The notes: generated from the sequence alone by a model not told the origin. 64,000 bases of DNA from an uncultured bacterium (GCA_963851055.1 CAWKMY010000005.1:12716-76715); one strand, 5' to 3'; positions 36,680-46,781 are shown, numbered from the stretch's first letter. A program made the numbers and translations.

Positions 36680-38011
36680 TTACAACGCTCTCACAGCTCT
36701 GACAAATCTTTCTCCTCTTTCTTTACGCGAAGCATCGATACCACGCGCCGCGAAAGCTGGACTGAATAGAACCTTATCACCAGAATGAGCATGATCTCTG
36801 GCCAGTCTAACAGCCTCTTCTACAGATGGAGCCGAGAGTATCTCCACTCTATCCATCGTCCTCAAAACATTCCTCTCCTTCATTGTGCCACTGCCCGGCA
36901 ATAATATGACCGTATGAGCACACTGCGGTATTACACCATACAGACCACCATAATCAGATCCTGTGTCCGCCCCACCCATGATGAGAACTAGATTGCGCTT
37001 ATCTGAAAGACATCTTATGCCGGCTAGTGTCGAGCCAGGTGAAACAGAAGCGGTGTCATTGTAAAACTCGACATTCTTTACCTTCTTCACCGATTCAAGC
37101 CTACCCTTGAGAGGTTTCCAAGCTTCCAGAATATCTTGGGCGGATTCATCGGTAACCTTAAATAATTTCGCAGCTTGTAGAGCCAGAGCCGCATTATCAC
37201 GATCATGACCACGCTCTCCATTAGAAGATCCTGCAAATCTCCAATCCTCCGGTATGAGTGAGGCTTTGGTACGGAGCATTTTGGCTTTCGGTTGGAACTT
37301 GAATGTATGGATGGCATCTATCACCGAGTCACTGGCAACGATGAAATTGTTATAAGTCTGGCGCACGAGGATCTCAAAAGGAGAATCATTATATGAACCT
37401 TTCGCTGGAACCGTGGTAAAGATGGCAACATGCGGGCTCATGCGTATATCACGCAATTCAGGCATCATAGGCTCGGTTATCCTGACTAGGGCAATGTCGC
37501 CGCTTTTCATCTTTTTGAGTGGAGAAAGCACTCCATCACCGGACTCTGGATCTATTACAAATAATTTCTGTGTGCCGTCAGCTTCACATGCAGTTTCTAT
37601 CATAGGTGCGAGCATAGAAATGACCGTGGCTTTACCACATGAGCCCATAACACCAACCACTGTGACTGGAGGAGCAAGGCGAAAGAAAAGTGTTTCAGGA
37701 TATTCGATCTGTATACCCTTTTCTTTTGCTCCTTTCAGGAATGAAGAATCGCGGGGATATTCATATGAAAGTATGATGAGATCCATGTCCAAAAGATCGT
37801 CCGCCGGTATCGAACCACAGACATAGCCCGCCAATCCAACTTCCTTCAATTCAGTTATATGTTCCCTTACTCTAACTTCGGTACGTAGGTCATATATGGA
37901 AACAAGGGCATTGGCCTTGATGAGGAATTTGGCATCGGCCACCATTTCCCCATTCGGCCCTAGGCCAATCAACGCTATCCTTTTGCCTTGAAAATATTCG
38001 CGGGAGGTCAT
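36680..38011 (-). CDS. murD: UDP-N-acetylmuramoylalanine--D-glutamate ligase-like Mur ligase
   Basis: 443 aa. The N-terminal Rossmann motif is GKRIALIGLGPNG, and the P-loop is VVGVMGSCGKATVISML. The C-terminal segment is MGGADTGSDY. Confidence 0.8.
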   Translation of the reverse strand: MTSREYFQGKRIALIGLGPNGEMVADAKFLIKANALVSIYDLRTEVRVREHITELKEVGLAGYVCGSIPADDLLDMDLIILSYEYPRDSSFLKGAKEKGIQIEYPETLFFRLAPPVTVVGVMGSCGKATVISMLAPMIETACEADGTQKLFVIDPESGDGVLSPLKKMKSGDIALVRITEPMMPELRDIRMSPHVAIFTTVPAKGSYNDSPFEILVRQTYNNFIVASDSVIDAIHTFKFQPKAKMLRTKASLIPEDWRFAGSSNGERGHDRDNAALALQAAKLFKVTDESAQDILEAWKPLKGRLESVKKVKNVEFYNDTASVSPGSTLAGIRCLSDKRNLVLIMGGADTGSDYGGLYGVIPQCAHTVILLPGSGTMKERNVLRTMDRVEILSAPSVEEAVRLARDHAHSGDKVLFSPAFAARGIDASRKERGERFVRAVRAL

Positions 38012-38040
38012 GAGTACTAGTATAGGATATAATAAGGCCT

Positions 38041-40280
38041 ATGCAAAAGGACTACGACCACAAAGAAGTCGAAGGTCGGATCTACAAGATGTGGGAAGAC
38101 GGAGGATATTTCACTCCGACTATCGATCCAAAAAAGAAACCTTTTTCGATGTTCTTCATGCCACCAAACGCAAGTGGAGGCATGCACGTTGGGAATATGC
38201 TTATGATAGCGATTCAAGACATCCTAGCCAGATATAACAGAGCAAAAGGTCGTCCAACTCTTTGGGTGCCAGGAACAGATCATGGTGGTTACGAGACGCA
38301 GGTTACTTTTGAACGAGAACTAGAAAAATCAGGTAAGGATAGATTTGGTTATAGCAGAAAAGATCTTTTCGATGAGATTGCGCGTTTTGCGGAGAAAAAT
38401 AACATCTTGATAAAGAATCAGGTTAGAGCTTTGGGAGCAAGTGTAGATTGGTCCAAATTCCGCTACACAATGGATGACGCTTCGCTGAAAGCTGTAAGGA
38501 AATCATTCGCCAAAATGGTATCTGACGGCCTTATATATCGTAGAAGTAATATGATCAACTATTGTCCTCTCTGCGGAACCGCCCTAGCCGAGATTGAACT
38601 AAAAAGAGAACAAAGTAAATATGCCACTATATTTCGTAAAATTTCCGATCAAGGATAGTCAGGAATATCTGTCACTTGCGACTACACGCTTGGAGTTCCT
38701 TTTTGCAACAACACACGTACTTATACATCCTTCAGATAAAAAATTTGCCAATCATATTGGGAATACATTGGTAAATCCTATTACAAACACTCTTGTAGAA
38801 GTTCTTGCTAGTAAAAGAAAATTCGACCCGTCACAAGCAAAACCATTCCTTTCCCCCTTTTCCCCTTCTTACAAAGTCTATGATTATGGATACACCTTGT
38901 TTAATACTATACCTTCACGCAGATTGCTGGATTGGAATGGAAATATGGTAGAGCGATATCCTGGTATAAAACCAATTGAAGCACGTCAAAGAGAATTGGT
39001 TTTTCTAACTGAACTTGATGCCATAGAAAAAGTAGACGAATCTCATATGGAGACGGTCCTTCTCTGCAAGAGAGGACATGGAGTAGATAGCATGCTTATG
39101 CTTACTTGGTTCTTAAAACTTGATGACGAAAAAAAGTCACTAAAAAAAACCGTCTTGGAGTCCCTAAGAAAAGGTAATGTATCAGTCATTCCCAAGTGGA
39201 ATGAGAAGGGTATAATAGCCTGGATAGACAAGATGCATGACTGGCCTATAGCGCGACAGAATGTCTGGGGTATACATATTCCAATATGGTATGAAGTTTC
39301 CGACACATCCAAATTTACCGTTTGGTTTATGAATAAGGCGGGAGAGAAAAAATATGGGAATCTGCAAAAATTTCATTGATGGAGGAGCGACTCTGGAAGA
39401 AGTCGAAACCGGTCTAGAACGTATATACGCAGATGAGGGGGTGCAGTGGGTATTGGAAAAAGAAGAAGGAAAAAAATACCTACCAGAGACAGATACGTTG
39501 GATACATGGTTTTCTTCTACACAATGGGGAACAATTATCTTTGGAGAGCTTAATTCCCCTGATTTCTCATATTTTTACCCGAATGAATGTTTGGTCACTG
39601 GCTATGATCTTGTGAGGCTTTTCGTCTCTAGATGTATCATGCTAAGCAACTATATAAGCGGTAAATTGCCTTTCAAGACTGTTTATCTTCACAATCTGGT
39701 CAAGGGCGCTGATGGTCAGAAAATGAGCAAGAGTTTAGGTAATGCCACTTCATTGGAGTACTATATGGATACTTTCGGTGCGGATGTCACCAGAATGGGC
39801 TTAATATCATATACTTCAAGTCCAGATGATTTTATATTTGCAGAAGATCGGCTGTTTTCTTTCAAGAAATTCTCTGCTGATCTATGGGAAAAAAGAGAGA
39901 TTGTCTCGCTGGCGAACCAGTACTCACCAGAATTTTCCCAATCTCTGGAATTATCAGCAAAAGATAGAGAGGTGTTAGCGGCGTTGGATAGACTTGCTGT
40001 CACTGTAGCTTCATATATAGAAAAATATATGTTTGCACAAGCACAGGAAACAGCATGTGCCTTTCTTCCCTATTTGGACAAATATATCCGCTCTATGGAT
40101 ACAAAGATAAATACTCATATCACTCTTTCGGTGTTTAGGCATATATATGCAAAATATTTGATCATCCTTCACCCGTTTATGCCTTTCCTCACAGAGGAAT
40201 TGAAAACGGAGCTCTACGATTCGTCCTCCGCCTTAGCCATAACTCTATGGCCGAGTAAAAATACCATTTCGGGAAAGTGA
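38041..40280 (+). CDS. valS: valine--tRNA ligase, split into three track ORFs by two 1-nt frameshifts
   Basis: PPNASGGMHVGNML is the HIGH-type motif, ATTRLEFLFATTHVLIHPSD is present, and QKMSKSLGN is KMSKS. Shifts lie near 38611-38622 and at the A5 run 39366-39370; removing one A gives ..GNLQNFIDGGATLEE... Confidence 0.9.
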
Positions 40281-40287
40281 TTTGAGT

Positions 40288-40329
40288 AGAAAAGGGAAAG
40301 GGCAGGATCTCTTATCAGAAATCCTGCCC
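40288..40329 (-). terminator. rho-independent terminator after 40357..41448
   Basis: The stem gggcaggat (40300-40308) / atcctgccc (40321-40329) is followed on the minus strand by the T-rich tract TTTCCCTTTTC. Confidence 0.55.
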
Positions 40330-40356
40330 AAACTTGTTCGATCATTCGCACAAAAT

Positions 40357-41448
40357 TCACAACGCGCGAATGACGGTAGCACTGCGGCCCTTGTCATTCG
40401 GAACCCACTTGATGGCCACTTCGGTCATCGGTGCGACGACCGGGAATTGTCCATTCTTGGCCAGTGACCGGCCGTCAGGACCGAGGATCTTGGAGAAGTG
40501 CATGTGACAGCTCGCGCCATCTTCGCACAAAGCAAAACCCCCACCCCAGACCATATTGAAGAACAAAACCTTGGCCTTCACATAGCCCTCGTTCGCCAAC
40601 TCCACCGGCAATTCCTTGCTCACCGTTTCCCATTTGGCAAGTGAACATTTCGACAGCGGCTTAGAGAGCCCCTGCTCAATGCAATAGGAGATGACTTCGT
40701 GGACCATGCCCTTGGTGGTGAGAAAATCCGCCTTCGGATAGTTGTTCTCGGGATAGAACGGCACAGCCAAGGCAATTGCATCACCGGCCTCGACGGTCGT
40801 GACGCTCAAGGATTTTGCCTTTGCGCTCGTAGTCCGGGCGACTTGCGCCGACCAGACTTCCTCGAACGTAAGCCAGAAGTGACCGGCGCGGGTAACCACG
40901 CCGACGTCGAGCTGAATGAAGACTCCTTCTTGGTCAACGAGGACCAAGCTGAAGTCATAATCGTCCGTGTTGGTTGTGCACGGGATCCCGCCGTTCCATT
41001 TCACCGGCGCCTTGAAGAGAGGAATTTCCCCCTCCGTGACGTCAATAGGTTTGCCGCCGTAGGCATAGAGCAGGCGAACACCCTTGTTGAGTTTCGGGAT
41101 GATACGGAAGGTGAGCCAGTTTGGCCGCCCGCACATGACAATAGGCGCGCACCACTGGGTGTCTTTTGCCACCATGTCCCCAAAACCATGACGGTCAATC
41201 TCCACGGTGATAGAGCCAAAAGACGGGAGCTTCCAAGTCACATATTGGCCCTCGCGTGATTCCCAACGTAGTTCCACTTTCGGTGGCAGTGGGGCCTCGA
41301 CTCCTGCCAATTTATAGGCTTCGTCGAGTAGTTCATCCAGATTGATGCGGGTGCCTTCGTCCGCACGTTCACGCAGTTGATGCATGATCTTGAGAACTTC
41401 GCGAGGGGCCGGACGGAGCAGAGGAAGTGTGTTTGTCGTTGTAGTCAT
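40357..41448 (-). CDS. hypothetical protein with a C-terminal cold-shock/OB-like segment; visibly GC-richer than its neighbours
   Basis: 363 aa. The C-terminus KAKVLFFNMVWGGGFALCEDGASCHMHFSKILG...NGQFPVV...VAIKWVPNDKGRSATVIRA loosely follows the CSD pattern (G.V..FN...GFGFI..dg.D.FvH.S.I...L..Gq.V.f). I do not recognise the N-terminal 290 aa. Confidence 0.55.
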   Translation of the reverse strand: MTTTTNTLPLLRPAPREVLKIMHQLRERADEGTRINLDELLDEAYKLAGVEAPLPPKVELRWESREGQYVTWKLPSFGSITVEIDRHGFGDMVAKDTQWCAPIVMCGRPNWLTFRIIPKLNKGVRLLYAYGGKPIDVTEGEIPLFKAPVKWNGGIPCTTNTDDYDFSLVLVDQEGVFIQLDVGVVTRAGHFWLTFEEVWSAQVARTTSAKAKSLSVTTVEAGDAIALAVPFYPENNYPKADFLTTKGMVHEVISYCIEQGLSKPLSKCSLAKWETVSKELPVELANEGYVKAKVLFFNMVWGGGFALCEDGASCHMHFSKILGPDGRSLAKNGQFPVVAPMTEVAIKWVPNDKGRSATVIRAL

Positions 41449-41565
41449 AATCGTCGTTTCTTTCGTTTTGGTTGTTTAAGCCGCACGGTGAATCCGCGCA
41501 GCCCTTGTTTGGCTGGGTTTTTCTTCGGTATTCAGTTTCCAAAGAACCACCCTTTCTTGCCTAGA

Positions 41566-41603
41566 AGTATAGCACACTCCACCCCCACTTGTCAAGCTTG
41601 ACG
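41566..41603 (-). promoter_or_regulatory. putative promoter with a perfect 12-bp palindrome over the -35 box
   Basis: On the minus strand: TTGACA (41591-41596), 19 nt, TATACT (41566-41571). The palindrome is GTCAAGCTTGAC (41592-41603). The implied 5' UTR is about 110 nt. Confidence 0.4.
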
Positions 41604-41689
41604 GGATATGCCTGTCCGCTATACTTACGGGGTCAACGGCAATCCCCCACCATGTGGGGGTTATTGCTTTTCATGGCTTATTATCAGCC

Positions 41690-42073
41690 TTATTTCTCGC
41701 TTTCGGCCTCTTCTTCAGGCAAAGCCAACAATTTCTTAACCTTTATCAATTCTTGAAGCATTGCCTGCAATTTGACCTCGCTTTCGGATTCAGTACCTGC
41801 TTCGGTTATGAATTCCGACAGTTTCCTCATAAATAAGCCGTAAAGGTCATTCCAATAATCATGCAGGATCTTTCTATTGGCGGAATCATCAGTGGCGTCC
41901 ACTTTGCTCGGCTCGCCCGTCTTATTGTTGCCAGAGTTGCTCAACTTATTTTTCGATGGCCTATCGAATGCCCTGATGATCTCTGTTGGTCTCTCTATTC
42001 CTTCGTAAACTATAGACTCATGGTGAAGAATGCCGTCCAAGGACGGCGACGTTATTGAATAGTCGCGTAACAT
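41690..42073 (-). CDS. hypothetical protein
   Basis: 127-aa ORF with an acidic, coiled-coil-like C-terminus. It fills the gap downstream of radC on the same strand. Confidence 0.4.
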   Translation of the reverse strand: MLRDYSITSPSLDGILHHESIVYEGIERPTEIIRAFDRPSKNKLSNSGNNKTGEPSKVDATDDSANRKILHDYWNDLYGLFMRKLSEFITEAGTESESEVKLQAMLQELIKVKKLLALPEEEAESEK

Positions 42074-42104
42074 GATTTTCCGCGCGCGTTTTGCGGCGTG
42101 GCTT

Positions 42105-42848
42105 TTAATAGTCAGCCTTCACACTAGTGAAAGCGTCTTTGGTGATGATGACGTGATCGAGAACGCGTATGCCTATGATCTTCCCCGCTTGAATGAGCTG
42201 TTTGGTTATCTCCACATCCTCGTCTGACGGCGTAACTTCTCCTGAAGGATGATTGTGAGCGAGGATGATGGCAGAAGCAGATGACTCTATGGCAGGATGG
42301 AATACTTCACGTGGATGGACAAAATTGGAATTAACCGTCCCGATGGAAATAACTTCGTCACGGATGACACGGCTATGGCTATTGAGGTAAAGCCCTCTCA
42401 TCTGCTCCTTTGGCAGTGTGCGCATGTCAGAAAGATACTCGTAGACATCCTTTGCATTCCTGACTGTAGTAAAGCCGCTTTGGCTCTTGTCATAAAATCT
42501 TCGCCCGAGCTCTCCGGCGGCTATGATCTGACAAGCCTTTACTATCGGTATGTCGAGATCTTTGGAAAGCTTAGTCGCATTTCTCTCCGCGAATATGCTT
42601 TTCTCCCCATAATCTCGAACTAGACGATTGGCCATAGACAAGACATCTTCCTTGGTCGTGCCTGTGACGAGCAGAAGAGCTGTCAGTTCGCGCACGTTCA
42701 AGGCATCTGGGCCTTGGGCCAAGAGCTTCTCCCGCGGCTTCTCTTCCGGGGGCAGATCCCTGATCATGAGCGGATACTCGAGATCGAAAGGAGACCGGTC
42801 GAGAATGAGCGGCATATCGTGAATGACGTATGATGCGCTTTTCTGCAT
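42105..42848 (-). CDS. radC: RadC-family JAB-domain protein
   Basis: 247 aa. AHNHPSGEVTPSDEDVEITKQL is the JAMM motif, and the N-terminal helix-hairpin-helix region is LNVRELTALLLVTG. Confidence 0.9.
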   Translation of the reverse strand: MQKSASYVIHDMPLILDRSPFDLEYPLMIRDLPPEEKPREKLLAQGPDALNVRELTALLLVTGTTKEDVLSMANRLVRDYGEKSIFAERNATKLSKDLDIPIVKACQIIAAGELGRRFYDKSQSGFTTVRNAKDVYEYLSDMRTLPKEQMRGLYLNSHSRVIRDEVISIGTVNSNFVHPREVFHPAIESSASAIILAHNHPSGEVTPSDEDVEITKQLIQAGKIIGIRVLDHVIITKDAFTSVKADY

Positions 42849-42899
42849 GGTGATATTGTATCACCACTTTTTGCCGCCTGCTACTTATCTTTCGCGGCT

Positions 42900-44315
42900 T
42901 TAGAGAGTATCGACGCGCATAACGTTGGTCTCGCTAGAGTGGCCGAGAGGCATGCCCGCGACCATAACGACTTTGTCTCCTTTTTCTAGAAAGCCGAAGG
43001 TTGCGGCCGAGGCGCGGATGTAATCCAAAGCTTCAGTGGTAGTTTTAAAAGTTGGCACATTCATAGTATAGACGCCGAAGACCAGAGCCAATTTATTCAT
43101 ATTCTCAGGCCTATCTGTTAGAGCCAATACCTGTTCAGCGGGACGATAACGAGCAATCATGCGAGCGGCGCGGCCGGAACGAGTGAGAGCCATTATGAGC
43201 TTGGCTCCGACCTCGTGAGTGGCACGGACGGCTGCTTGCGAGACTATATCAGTGATGCCATGCGACACATCATATGAAGCTATGCTATCACGCGTATAGA
43301 CATCTTCCTCGACACGACAAGCTATCTTGGTCATCATCTCAACCGCTTTTATCGGATACAGACCGAGGGTTGTCTCTTCGGAAAGCATGATGGCATCAGT
43401 GCCGTCAATGATGGCATTGGCTATGTCAGAGACTTCGGCGCGCGTAGGCACGGGATTCTTTATCATAGACTCCAACATCTGGGTAGCAGTGATGACAGGC
43501 TTGCCTGCGGCATTGCACTTCTTGATGATGGACTTCTGAACGAGAGGCACCTGTTCAGCCGGTATCTCTATGGCTAGATCTCCGCGAGCTACCATGAGGC
43601 CATCTGCCGCTTCTATAATGTTATCTATATCATCTACGGCTTGAGGAGTCTCTATCTTGGCAATGATGTGAGCATTGGAACCGGCTTTTTTCAGGATGTC
43701 GCGTAACTCCTTTATGTCCTCAGACTTACGAACAAAAGATAGAGCAACGAAATCGACTTTATTCTTTATGCCAAATTCGAGATCCTTCTTATCTTTTTCT
43801 GTGAGCGAAGATACAGATAGATCAGCACCCGGAACATTCACTCCTTTGTGTCCTGCCAGTTCGCCACCAACTACAACCCGAGTGACTATATCTCGTCCTT
43901 TTACTTCTACGACTTCCAATTTCCTTGTTCCGTCACGGAGCATTATGAAATTGCCAGGTTCTACTTCTTTCGGTAATTCTTTGTAATTCACATGTACTTT
44001 CGTCTCATCCCCTTCTATATCATCTATGGTCAATGTAAATTCCTGTCCTTCTTTCAGTTGTATTTTTCCATCTTTGAATTTGCCTATGCGTATCTTTGGC
44101 CCGCAAAGGTCCTGCAATATAGCGACCATCTTCCCCGTCTTCTTCATGATCTTCCGTATATTGTCGACGCGAGGCTGATGCTCGGCGAAGTCGCCGTGCG
44201 AGAAATTCAACCGGATGACATTCATGCCGGCTTCTACGAGTTTCTCTAATTGTTCTATGCTTTCAGTGGCCGGTCCTATGGTGCAGACTATCTTGGTTTT
44301 CTTTCCTAAGTTCAT
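42900..44315 (-). CDS. pyk: pyruvate kinase
   Basis: 471 aa. Landmarks: KTKIVCTIGPA, MNVIRLNFSHG, MVARGDLAIEIP and VITATQMLESM. Confidence 0.95.
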   Translation of the reverse strand: MNLGKKTKIVCTIGPATESIEQLEKLVEAGMNVIRLNFSHGDFAEHQPRVDNIRKIMKKTGKMVAILQDLCGPKIRIGKFKDGKIQLKEGQEFTLTIDDIEGDETKVHVNYKELPKEVEPGNFIMLRDGTRKLEVVEVKGRDIVTRVVVGGELAGHKGVNVPGADLSVSSLTEKDKKDLEFGIKNKVDFVALSFVRKSEDIKELRDILKKAGSNAHIIAKIETPQAVDDIDNIIEAADGLMVARGDLAIEIPAEQVPLVQKSIIKKCNAAGKPVITATQMLESMIKNPVPTRAEVSDIANAIIDGTDAIMLSEETTLGLYPIKAVEMMTKIACRVEEDVYTRDSIASYDVSHGITDIVSQAAVRATHEVGAKLIMALTRSGRAARMIARYRPAEQVLALTDRPENMNKLALVFGVYTMNVPTFKTTTEALDYIRASAATFGFLEKGDKVVMVAGMPLGHSSETNVMRVDTL

Positions 44316-44441
44316 GGGTTATATAATCCGAATCTACGAATAAAATACGAATACTACGGATGATTCGTTGCAAATAAAAGAGAGCATATCGTACTATAAA
44401 AACGACTAAAAAGAAAGCTTTTTCGAGATTTTTCCTCTATT

Positions 44442-45440
44442 TTATTGCGGTGAAAGAGGCTTGGGAAGCGCCGACGGTATGACGGAACCATTCGATGGCG
44501 GATACAGAGCCGGATCTATAGTCCTGCTGAAACAGGCTTGGCCGGCCGGATGAGCCCATGAATCGATCTGGCTTGAACCGGGAATATTCGGCGCTTGAAC
44601 AGGATATGATTGCAGGGCTATGCCTTGAGCTTGAGTCTGCGATGAAGCCAAATCGAAAATGGCACATAATTCAAAAGCTGAACCTTTTACGCTGTAAGCA
44701 TATTGAGCGCCAGTCTCCGGATCGGTCGGCACAGTGAAGTTAGCGATCGGATTATTCAAGTCAGCCAATGCGGTCGGCAATACGCTTTTGGTCTGCCAAT
44801 AATTGATGATCTGATATTGTATAGTCGTGAGATTATTTATACGCTGTTCATCGAATCTGATAGCTCTCTGTTTTGCCGGCGAACCGACTATGAGGAAGCC
44901 GCCGACGATGGCCGCTATGACCATGATCAAACCGAACCAGGCATTACTCTTGCGGATCACTCGCGCATAACGCGAGAAGAAGCCTGTGCCACCTTCACTC
45001 ACAATGCTGAAGAAATAATATTTGCCTATGACTCCGGCCACGACGATGATGGCCAGAACTTTCCAGATAAATCTTCCGGTAATCTCCCCATTCAAGTAAA
45101 TATTTATGAGAGCGATGAGGTCGCCACCGATCAAAGCCACAGCCAAGAATAGCGTCAGATAAATGCGCCATTTGCGTATCCAGATGTCTCGCTTTTCCGG
45201 CATGCGTATGGCATCGCGGTTGACCAGCCATTCCAGAACATAGAGAATCGGTACAAGCACGACGAGCATGGAAACCGGCCAGACGATGGAGCCAGGAATG
45301 AAGTACCCCGCCAGAGCGTCAGGATTTAGATAATCGATGATACTGAATACTAGATTGATAATGGCGCCGGCGGCTATATACAAGGCTATAGTAGCGCCGA
45401 ACTGGACGAAAAAATCCTTCGGGGTTGTTTGGTTGTTCAT
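44442..45440 (-). CDS. DUF5671-like polytopic membrane protein
   Basis: I prefer the ATG at 45440 (MNNQTTPKDFFVQFGATIALYIAAGAIINL). It has several hydrophobic spans and a soluble C-terminal domain. Confidence 0.6.
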   Translation of the reverse strand: MNNQTTPKDFFVQFGATIALYIAAGAIINLVFSIIDYLNPDALAGYFIPGSIVWPVSMLVVLVPILYVLEWLVNRDAIRMPEKRDIWIRKWRIYLTLFLAVALIGGDLIALINIYLNGEITGRFIWKVLAIIVVAGVIGKYYFFSIVSEGGTGFFSRYARVIRKSNAWFGLIMVIAAIVGGFLIVGSPAKQRAIRFDEQRINNLTTIQYQIINYWQTKSVLPTALADLNNPIANFTVPTDPETGAQYAYSVKGSAFELCAIFDLASSQTQAQGIALQSYPVQAPNIPGSSQIDSWAHPAGQACFSRTIDPALYPPSNGSVIPSALPKPLSPQ

Positions 45441-45447
45441 GGATGAA

Positions 45448-46110
45448 TTATAACACTTCACCAACTGAATAGAGTTTGTTGAATTCTTCGTATGAAAGAG
45501 CGAAACCGTATATGTCATTAAATAGAGCGTCGAAAGTCTTACCTTGCCCGACTGATTTCAGATTTTTTATCAGCTCAAGCATCTTTGGCTTTCCGAATTT
45601 GTCTACGAGCAATTGAACGACAAACCCGGATTCTGTATATACGCCTTCACCGCCCTTGTCCGTAAATTCCAGAAAAGAAGAAAATTTATTCGGCTTTTTC
45701 TTTTCCTTGTTCTGACCAGAGGTGTAGATTGCCACACCTTCACAGAGCCACATGGGTTTATATTGCCCACCTGAAACTATGTGATAAAAATTGTGGCTTA
45801 CTTCATGCTTTAACAGTGCAAAATAAGTATCAGGCTTATATTTATGGCTGCTCTCTTTCTCTAGATTGTCTTTATCTAAAACATAGGAAGTCCTACCATC
45901 TGACCAACCAACTACCCAGGACTGAGTTTTTTCGCTTTTCAACATATCTATGGTGGCGCGATCAGGCACGATGACCACACGAGGAAGATGGTGGACCCAA
46001 TTGATGCCGTAAAATGAATTCAGGTCATCTATCGATTTCTTGAGGATATTCTCGTAATAATCCTCTTTAGCGGCATTTATCCTAAAGATAGAAAGGTTTT
46101 CTTTTTCCAT
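45448..46110 (-). CDS. putative HExxH zinc metallopeptidase-like protein
   Basis: ALLKHEVSHNFYH contains HExxH. The start is MEKENLSIF at 46110. The longer track ORF (to 46224) merely translates through the tRNA-Ile gene. Confidence 0.55.
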   Translation of the reverse strand: MEKENLSIFRINAAKEDYYENILKKSIDDLNSFYGINWVHHLPRVVIVPDRATIDMLKSEKTQSWVVGWSDGRTSYVLDKDNLEKESSHKYKPDTYFALLKHEVSHNFYHIVSGGQYKPMWLCEGVAIYTSGQNKEKKKPNKFSSFLEFTDKGGEGVYTESGFVVQLLVDKFGKPKMLELIKNLKSVGQGKTFDALFNDIYGFALSYEEFNKLYSVGEVL

Positions 46111-46185
46111 GGTGCGCGCACTAGGATTCGAACCTAGGACCCCACCAGTATCAGTGGTGTGCTCTACCAACTGAGCTATGCGCGC
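46110..46185 (-). tRNA. tRNA-Ile (anticodon GAU), CCA encoded
   Basis: Manually folded. Acceptor GCGCGCA/UGCGCGC, D arm GCUC-AGUUGGUA-GAGC, anticodon arm CACCA-CUGAUAC-UGGUG, T arm CUAGG-UUCGAAU-CCUAG, then A73 and CCA. Confidence 0.9.
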
Positions 46186-46328
46186 AGACTTCGTATAACG
46201 ACCTACCAAAACAGCTATACACACAAATGACCGGAGATATATGCAGAGAGTGGATCAGAGCTGATACCTCAAATCAGTAAGATGTACAATAGCAAAACTA
46301 GGCTTTAAATGCAAAAAGCTATGAATTG

Positions 46329-46411
46329 TGGGCATGAGAGGAATCGAACCTCCATGAGCTAAGCTCACAGCGTTCTGAACGCTGCGCGTCTACCAATTTC
46401 GCCACATGCCC
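46329..46411 (-). tRNA. tRNA-Leu (anticodon CAG), long variable arm, CCA not encoded
   Basis: Manually folded. Acceptor GGGCAUG/CAUGCCC, anticodon arm CAGCG-UUCAGAA-CGCUG, variable arm UGAGCUUAGCUCA, T loop GGUUCGAUUCC. Confidence 0.88.
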
Positions 46412-46544
46412 GTATTTCAATAGAACTTCCCTACTATAGAGCAATTATTGAAAAGAGGCAAAAGACTGTCCATATACGATAAAGGGCCGAGGAGAATATC
46501 CGCGGCCCACACAATTCATCTTTCGTCGCCCGCGATTGCCTTGA

Positions 46545-46781
46545 TTAGTAGCCGGCAAAATGGCAGTATGCCATGGCAATCAGCATCCCGAGGAAAACTC
46601 CAATGGAACCGTAGAAGGCAAACTTCATAACGGGACCAACGGTTTCGCCGAGCCAATCAGGCTTTTTTTTGAAAACCGGCGGTACTTGCTCAATCTCTTC
46701 GAAGATTGGCATTGAGGTTGGGGCCAATCGAATGTGTGGCCTGATGGCACGATTGTAACCCAGTCTTGATCTTGGACTCAT
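46545..46781 (-). CDS. small membrane protein
   Basis: 78 aa with the C-terminal hydrophobic span FAFYGSIGVFLGMLIAMAY. A strong GGAGG lies 4 nt before the ATG, and a near-consensus promoter is upstream. Confidence 0.55.
   Translation of the reverse strand: MSPRSRLGYNRAIRPHIRLAPTSMPIFEEIEQVPPVFKKKPDWLGETVGPVMKFAFYGSIGVFLGMLIAMAYCHFAGY

Noticed and set aside
26035-40280. UGA or other stop-codon reassignment (the code 4 or 25 idea) as the explanation for the split genes.
   Set aside because: The breaks are true frame changes rather than in-frame stops. TGA also clearly works as a stop in several ATGA start/stop overlaps (17152, 18276, 22370, 28499).
45448-46224. The full 258-aa track ORF with the N-terminus MCIAVLVGRYTKSARIAQLVEHTTDTGGVLGSNPSART.
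   Set aside because: The first 38 codons are simply a translation of the tRNA-Ile gene. The real start is the ATG at 46110.
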